64,000 nucleotides of DNA, from contig NC_087453.1 in NCBI RefSeq assembly GCF_036321535.1, positions 11,718,001-11,782,000 of the forward strand, in the 5' to 3' direction. Every line of letters starts with the position of its first letter. Position 1 is the first letter of the stretch. The translations under genes were made by a program, and so were the position numbers. Under the pieces are notes generated by a model. The model was not told the DNA's origin and ran no database searches. It saw nothing but the letters and a program-made list of their open reading frames with translations. Of this stretch, positions 42,325 to 64,000 are shown piece by piece. The DNA is from Camelus dromedarius. Its lineage: Eukaryota.

Positions 42325-43398
42325 ATGTCCTATTTCGTGTCTCCACAAACTCATCCAGCTCTTCTGCCTTCTGGCCAAGGTGAGAGGGGACTCCTGGGCT
42401 GGAGGGTGTACTACAACTTCCCCTGAGAACTTCTTCCTGGCTCGGGGGAGATGGAGGTTCTGCTGGGCATTTTGGGGCTGGCCCTGGAGTCATTTCTCTT
42501 CAAAGACAAGCCATTCCAAAGTCCCTGCCAATAGCTCCCCACTTTCTCATTCATTCATTCACCGAACACTTCTCCATCAGCTACCTGCCTTAGGGACTGA
42601 CTTGTGGTGTGGATAGAGTAAAACCTAGTTCCCAACCACTAAACAGCCCTCTTGGGCTGGTCTTAATTGCTTCAGTTCCCAATGCTCTGCTCCTGTGCCC
42701 TGCCCCTCAGGGCCCCCTCCTCAAAGAGATCCAGAATAACATGCCATCTCATTCCTGTCTCTGCAGGTGGGGCTGCTTCTCCGGGCTCATCCCTGGGCCT
42801 CTATAGTCCTGTAGAGCCAGTGGTGGTGACCTCTGGTGGACAAGGCCCACTGAGCCAGAAAGCTGAGCAGGTGGTACCTGCTGCCCCAGCCTGGGGCCCA
42901 GCCCTGGCAGTGCTGGAAGCCAGAGGCTGCCCTGGGGGGGCTAGCTGGGAGACACTGCAGCAGAAGGAATACGGCCGATACTGCCACAAATTTCCCCACG
43001 CGAGGCAGCCGGAGAGCTTGGGCTGGGAGGATGGCAGGTCCAGGGGCAGAGCTCCCCGCCTGGCTGACCCCAGCAGGCCTGGGCCCCTTCTGCTATGTGG
43101 GCTGCCGCCAGGTGCTCTGCCAATGCCCTCTGAGGCAGGGGGGAAGGAGGCCAGCTCCCAGCCTGACATCTGCATCCTTACCCTGGCCATGATGATCGCT
43201 GGCATCCCCACTGTGCCTGTCCCAGGCCTCCGGGAAGAGGACCTGATCCGGGCGGCTCAAGCTTTCATGATGGCCCATCCGGAACCCGAAGGGCCTGTGG
43301 AGGGGGTGCGGTGGGAGCAGTCGCACACCCACACAGCCCCTGGGCCGATGGCCCTAGTGAGATCCAGGAGGGGCCAGCCTCCTGGCGCCTGCTTGTAG
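42325..43398 (+). CDS. SPATA25: Spermatogenesis-associated protein 25, 228 aa
   Basis: Exon 42325-42379 ([19 protein letters not shown]|gtgaga) joins 42767-43398 ([14 protein letters not shown]...[22 protein letters not shown]...GACL*). Synteny fits. Confidence 0.92.
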
Positions 43399-44234
43399 CT
43401 GGATGAAATAGCACCAGACACACAGGGTGGCTTCTCTGTATGATTTTTGGGCAGGCAGGGTTGGAGGTGCCTATGGCAGGGATGGGGATAGGGTGGTGGT
43501 TGGAGCCACTCTGATGAACACCAGTCCTACATCAGGGCCCAGACTCCAAGAAACATCCAGAAACCATGAAGCCAGGAGACAGGTCTTGTCAGAGTAGTGA
43601 CCATGAAAATTAATTACCTGAGGCTGGGTGCCCTGCTGAGAGAGGGGAGGCTTCTTTTGTATTGTTTTGGTACTGAGTCAAAAGTTCTTGTGTGAAGTCC
43701 CAGGCAGTGTGAATTTTCCTCTTACCTTAAGTTTCTCAGCCTGCTGAGGGCAGGTCATGGGACCACAGGCAAAGAAGGAAAATTAACTTATTTGAGCACC
43801 AACTGGCATTGGGCCCATTACAGGCCCAGTCTCCTTTAATCCTACCAACCGTAGGGGTCTCTGTTTTCACAGGTGAACAAGTTGAGGCTTAGAGAGGTGA
43901 TTTGCCTGGAGTCCCATAGCTAGGACAAAGCAGAACCCGGCCTCACAAATCAGGCTGGGAAGAAACCAGGATGTAATGTCAGACGCCAAAGTCTATTCTT
44001 TCCATACTATTTCCTAAACTGCCTTCTACAGGACAAAACTAGACGAATGCTAGAACAGGCAACATTCAACTTTAATGACTTCAGGATGGGGCGGGGTGGG
44101 GCGGGGTGGTGAGGCTGGGAGCCTGGATGAGCCACTGCCTCTGAGGGGCCTCTCCTCTGTGGGTCAGATGTCATCTCCCGACTGGGGAAGCTGTTACCAA
44201 GCCCCAACCCTTGATCTCCACCCAGTGTCTTATC

Positions 44235-44452
44235 TTTTCTCTTAGAGCAGGGGTCATCTGTTTTTGTAAGGCCCTTGAGCTAAAAATGGTTTTTACCTTT
44301 TGAAAAGGTTGTTTAAAAAAAAACAAAGCAAACCCATAAAAACAAAACAAAACAAAAGAACCAGGAATATACAACAGAGGCTGTACATGACCAGCAAAGT
44401 CTAGAATATTTCCTCTCAGGCCCTTTACAGGAACGGTTTGCTGACTCCTGTC
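44235..44452. mobile_element. MER58-like hAT MITE
   Basis: ccctttacaggaacggtttgctgactcctg terminus resembles the copy at 22123-22330. Confidence 0.55.
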
Positions 44453-44628
44453 TTAGGGAACTAGACATATTTTAGGGAGCAGGCTGCAGAACAGAAGACC
44501 CTTGTCCTCCTTTCCTGGAAGGAGGGCCGGTGGAAGTACAGTGTGAGTGTGTGTGTGGGGGGGGTGCAGGGGTGGATGTGGACGTGTGTACATACATCTG
44601 TATGAATTTCTCCGGGTGCTGAGGGTAA

Positions 44629-46017
<1,389 letters not shown>

Positions 46018-47046
46018 CTAGACGCCAAGGTCAAAATATCTTCAATGTGAGGCTGCTATACAGAAGGCTCTCAGTCTTTCAAACTCCAACTAAGTTGAGG
46101 CTTGAGGCTGGACTGTAGTTCTCAGATCTTGTTCCATAGATGGGCCTATGGAGAAGAACAGAAGTTTTAAGCAGACAGAAGAGGCTTGGCTCTTCAATTA
46201 TTCATCCAGACAACATTTTATTACTTACTATGTATCAGCACGGTTCTGGGGGATACACAATAAACACGTAAATGAACAAGGATATATCAGATAGTGAAGT
46301 CTGGCAATGACTTGGTTCCATGAGATTTAAATGGATGGGAAGGCCAGAGTGACCTTTATTTTTCCTCCTTGAAGAGCATTTAAAATATTTGTATAGCACT
46401 TTATATTTACAAATTACTTTTTGGCATCCATCCTTTCATTTGGTCCTGGTATACTATATACAAGAGAACTGCAATTGCCCCTGATTTGCTGTGTGATCTT
46501 AGGCAAGTCAGTGACACCCTCTGAACCTCAATCCCTTTAACCATAAAATAGGTTTAACAAATGTGCATAGCCTCTCCAACCTCTACGTAAATCCCTCTAT
46601 TAACTGCAATACTTTGTTCAAATGTTTCCTCTATGTAGCCCCCAAACCAGGTTATTGTCCCCACTTTACAGATGAGAAACTGAGGCTCAAAGAGGTTAAG
46701 TGACTTGCCCACCATTACTCTGTAAGTAGCTGGAAGCTGAGTCTTTGGCTTGGGCTCCTGACTGCTTTCCACAGTACCTGAAGTCCAAAAACTGGGAACA
46801 GAGAAGGGACGCCGCCTCTGACCTCTCACCTCTAACCTGGGTGGGAGGATGCGGCTGTCTGACGTTCCCATTTGGAGTCTGCCCGGAGCTAGAAGAGAAG
46901 TCAACCTCCCAACCCTTTGGGAACTGTGTCATGGTGACTGCGGTTACCAGCTGCCTCACACCTCCACCCCTTCAGAAATTACTCACCCACACCTTGGCTC
47001 CGTCGCCATTTCTCCCTATTTGACCCTGCCTCTGACTCTGACTGAC

Positions 47047-47220
47047 CTCTAGGCTCACCAACCGCGGCGCCAGCTTCGCCGTGACTCGGGCCAATGGCCT
47101 GAGGAGTTCGCTTTCGGTCTTTAGTGGGCCGACCAATCGTAGCCCGGCGGCTCGTAGGCGGGCACTGTTACCAGGGTTACGAGGGGGCTCGGCTGGCGGC
47201 AACCAATGAAGGCCTGACGA
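47047..47220 (-). promoter_or_regulatory. ZSWIM1: ZSWIM1 promoter / short non-coding exon 1
   Basis: Small CpG cluster with three CCAAT boxes (about 47091, 47133, 47203). Candidate donor GAG|gtcagt at 47047 and candidate acceptor ccatag| at 46145. Confidence 0.55.
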
Positions 47221-48593
47221 CACTTGAATCCAGGGGAGTCTGAGCCCTGAGGCTGAAACTCTGGAGCCTAACACCTGGGAAGAGCACGTTATTATGGAAA
47301 CCCCCTCAGCCACAAAGGAAAAAAGAAAATAAATATCGGTGTTTCACGGATTTTTTTTTTCTTTTTCGGTCAAATTCCAAAGCCCAAGGGATAGGAAGGA
47401 GTGTCTGTAATTGTACTGTATCTTCTGCCTTATGGGGCAACAGAGGCCCAGAACAAAATTATGCCTCTCCAAAAGGGTCAAGGGGCCCAGCCCTTGGAAT
47501 TGAGGAGCTCCAGATCTCCTTGAGAGCGCAGAACCTCAGCTCAGCCCCCTCTAGTATTTTACAGGAGAGAGAGAGAGAGATTCAGAACGGCTCTGTGACC
47601 ATTTAAGGTCATGGTGAACTAGTGCAAGAACCAAGCCTGACTACTATCTTTTGATCTTGGTTGCCCCGAAGATGGCTCCTAGCAAGCTGGGTGGCTACCA
47701 GGCTTCACCTGATTCAGATTACAAACTAGCAACAACAACAAAAGTCAGTGTTGGTGCTTAAAACTGCATTGAATCTAGAGGGGAAACTGGAATTAGAACA
47801 GGCCAACTAATTTTTACAGATGAGGAAACTGGGGTCAAAGAAATTAGGGGCTTGCTGACAGGCCCTGAGCAAGTTGCTGGCTGTTGTTTCGGACTCAGGT
47901 TTCTTCCCTCCCAAACTACCTGGCTTCTTCCTGCCAGAATATGAGGCAGCCTAAGGTCAATGTTGAAGGCTTGGTGGAGGAAGAGGATGAAGTACTGGGC
48001 AGACTGCTAATCACTGGATTTCAGACATCAGGTTCTATTAGGATCCACAACCCCCATTAGTTCCTTCCCTGTCCAAGCAGCACACATTTTCCCTGCTTAT
48101 TTTATTTTATTTAAAAAAACAAAACAAAACGAAAACTTTAATATGAATAAAAATAAATACAAATAACAAATTCTTTGTAAAGAGCAGCAACAACAGCCAA
48201 GGATCACCCTCCTTCCCTTTGTCCCTGCAAACTGGCCCTTTTCCCAGGTGAATCTTATCTCTCCTGATAATATCCTGGGGGCAAGGTTTCATCTCTGTAA
48301 AGTGGTAAGACCAGACCTCAGGGGTTGAGGGAGAAAGAGGCATGACCTTTCAGCATGGAGATAACTTTGGCCTTGAACAATAAATGAGGCTCCCAAGGAA
48401 AGCCAAAGGTAGGGCAGAAAGGGGGTAGATTCAAAGGACTGTCACACAGTGAGGTTCCTCTTCTTCCCACTGTAACGATTTTCCGAACCCCACCTAGGAA
48501 GACATTGGTTAAAATGCTAACCCCTTGCATGTCCTGCCCACTATGACCTCTCAGACTTCCAAGGAGAGGGGTTAGTGACCCAGTGCAAGTGTT

Positions 48594-62372
<13,779 letters not shown>

Positions 62373-63918
62373 ATGTCGTCCCCGCGGGCTCCAGAGGACG
62401 GACAGGGCGACGGCGATCCTCCCAGGGACCTTCGCAGCGTCCTGGTCACTAGCGTGCTCAACCTCGAGCTGCTGGATGAGGATCTCTTCAGGTAGCCGGC
62501 TGCATCTGGTCCGCGGACTACCCCCTACTGGGACGGAGGCTTCTGATCTTGACTGCCGCCACCTCGTTGCCCCTTCTTGTAGCGCCCAGGATGAGGATGG
62601 GCTCTGCGCGGGATCCCTCTGCCGCGATTGGGAGGGAACTTGTGCCTGACATAGCTGGCCCGGCTTCCTCCTCGGCGCAGTGGTCTGCATATCCCATCCC
62701 TAGGAGGTCCCGGCAATCTGGGCAAATAAAGGGGTAATCTAAGATATCCTCAGCAGACTCCCTTGAGGAGTCACGTCCCTGGGGGAGCCAGCTCCAAAGG
62801 ACAGTGATTTGTCCAAGGGCACAAACTTATCTGCAGTTCATTGCATATTCACTGTCATTTTCTCTTATATACCCCATCCCCACCACCACTAGGTGGGGGT
62901 CTAGTAGGTCTTTATTCATTCTGAGCCCTGTGCCAGTTTCCTTCCTGATGCCACTTAAATTCTTGACTGCTGGAGATTTAACAGTTTGGGCTTCCAAGGC
63001 CCCTCCTGGCTGATTGGAAGCTATTTTAGGCATTAACTTGTCTTCCCTGCCCACCCGCCCCTCTTAACAAATTACAAATAACTCCCTGGAGAGCTATTTA
63101 CAATGCATTATATGAAAAAATGCTAGGCTGGGCAGTGGGAAGTTGGAAACCTAAATCTTAAGTCTCCACAGGGCTCATGCACTGGGCAAAACTTTACACT
63201 TTGGGGGCCTCAGTGTCCTCATCTGTACACTGAAGGGGTTAGACTTGAAGTCTGAGGACCCTTTGAACTCAATCTAGTTCCTAGAAGAACTGTACTGTCG
63301 AAGTTGAGGGACATAGTGGCAGGCCTTAATGCAGTCGACTCCCAGCTTTGGTGGTTTGTCTTGGTCTACTCAACGCCTCGAGAAGTTTCTGCCTTACCCT
63401 GTTATAGGCAATGGAAGAAACACTGAATTTGGGGTCAAAAGATCCAGATGCTGCTCAGGATGGCAATATTTGAGCTGTGTGATCTTGCTCAAGTCAACTT
63501 CTCTGTCTGATCCCCTGTTCTCCTAGTGTAAAATATACAGTTGGTTCATTATCCTTAAGTGAAATCCACAGAAGGGTTGGGCGATCCTTCAGGCTTTGAA
63601 GAAGTTGTATGTAGAGTGATGTTAGGAAATCTGCCTGGAGAAAGGATCCATGGCTTTCACCAGATTCTCGAAGGATCCCAGACCCCAATCAGGTTTCGAG
63701 ATCCTGCACTAGAGGCTCATTGATAGTTGCAGGATTTGGCCCAGCCCCCAAGTCTTCCGTGCTTTCTCTCTCTCCCTACAGAGGAACACATTACTGGGTA
63801 CCTACAACCAAGCGGCTGTTTGGGGGTCAGATCGTGGGCCAGGCCCTGGTGGCTGCAGCCAAGTCTGTGAGTGAGGATGTCCACGTGCACTCCCTGCACT
63901 GCTACTTTGTTCGCAGAG
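62373..63918 (+). CDS. ACOT8: Acyl-CoA thioesterase 8, first two coding exons (continues beyond window)
   Basis: Exon 62373-62491 (MSSPRAPEDGQGDGDPPRDLRSVLVTSVLNLELLDEDLF R|gtagcc) and exon 63782-63918 (GTHYWVPTTKRLFGGQIVGQALVAAAKSVSEDVHVHSLHCYFVRR G|gtaaat), a TesB-type hot-dog fold N-terminus. Confidence 0.96.
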
Positions 63919-64000
63919 GTAAATCACCCCCTCCCTACCCTGCCCCAGCCCTGGTGGCCCAGCAGCTACTTCTTCCTGGCCTTGGGGGTGCTGACTGAGG

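Overview
Mammalian genomic DNA, most likely camelid (inferred from short tRNA-derived SINEs plus cetartiodactyl-type L1 3' ends). It is syntenic with human 20q13.12 in reversed orientation: ZNF335 3' end (+), PCIF1 (-), PLTP (+), CTSA (-), NEURL2 (+), SPATA25 (+), ZSWIM1 (-), ZSWIM3 (-), ACOT8 5' end (+). I traced the visible coding exons by hand through GT-AG junctions and reading phase. Seven N-runs hide parts of PCIF1 exons 1 and 4 and PLTP exon 9. There are no rRNA, true tRNA or CRISPR features. The most unusual signal lies in the PCIF1-PLTP interval (about 12.6-20.7 kb): a chain of + strand, splice-bounded, phase-compatible exon-like segments with few stops. It looks like an unrecognised, recently decayed multi-exon gene whose apparent promoter lies antisense inside PCIF1 intron 1. 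Secondary observations: the PLTP FXR (IR-1) element is degenerate while the LXR DR-4 is intact; there are uORFs in PCIF1 and ZSWIM1; two convergent gene pairs have overlapping 3' ends; and ZSWIM1/ZSWIM3 look like catalytically dead MULE-transposase descendants. Comparisons with human sequences are from memory, not from a search.
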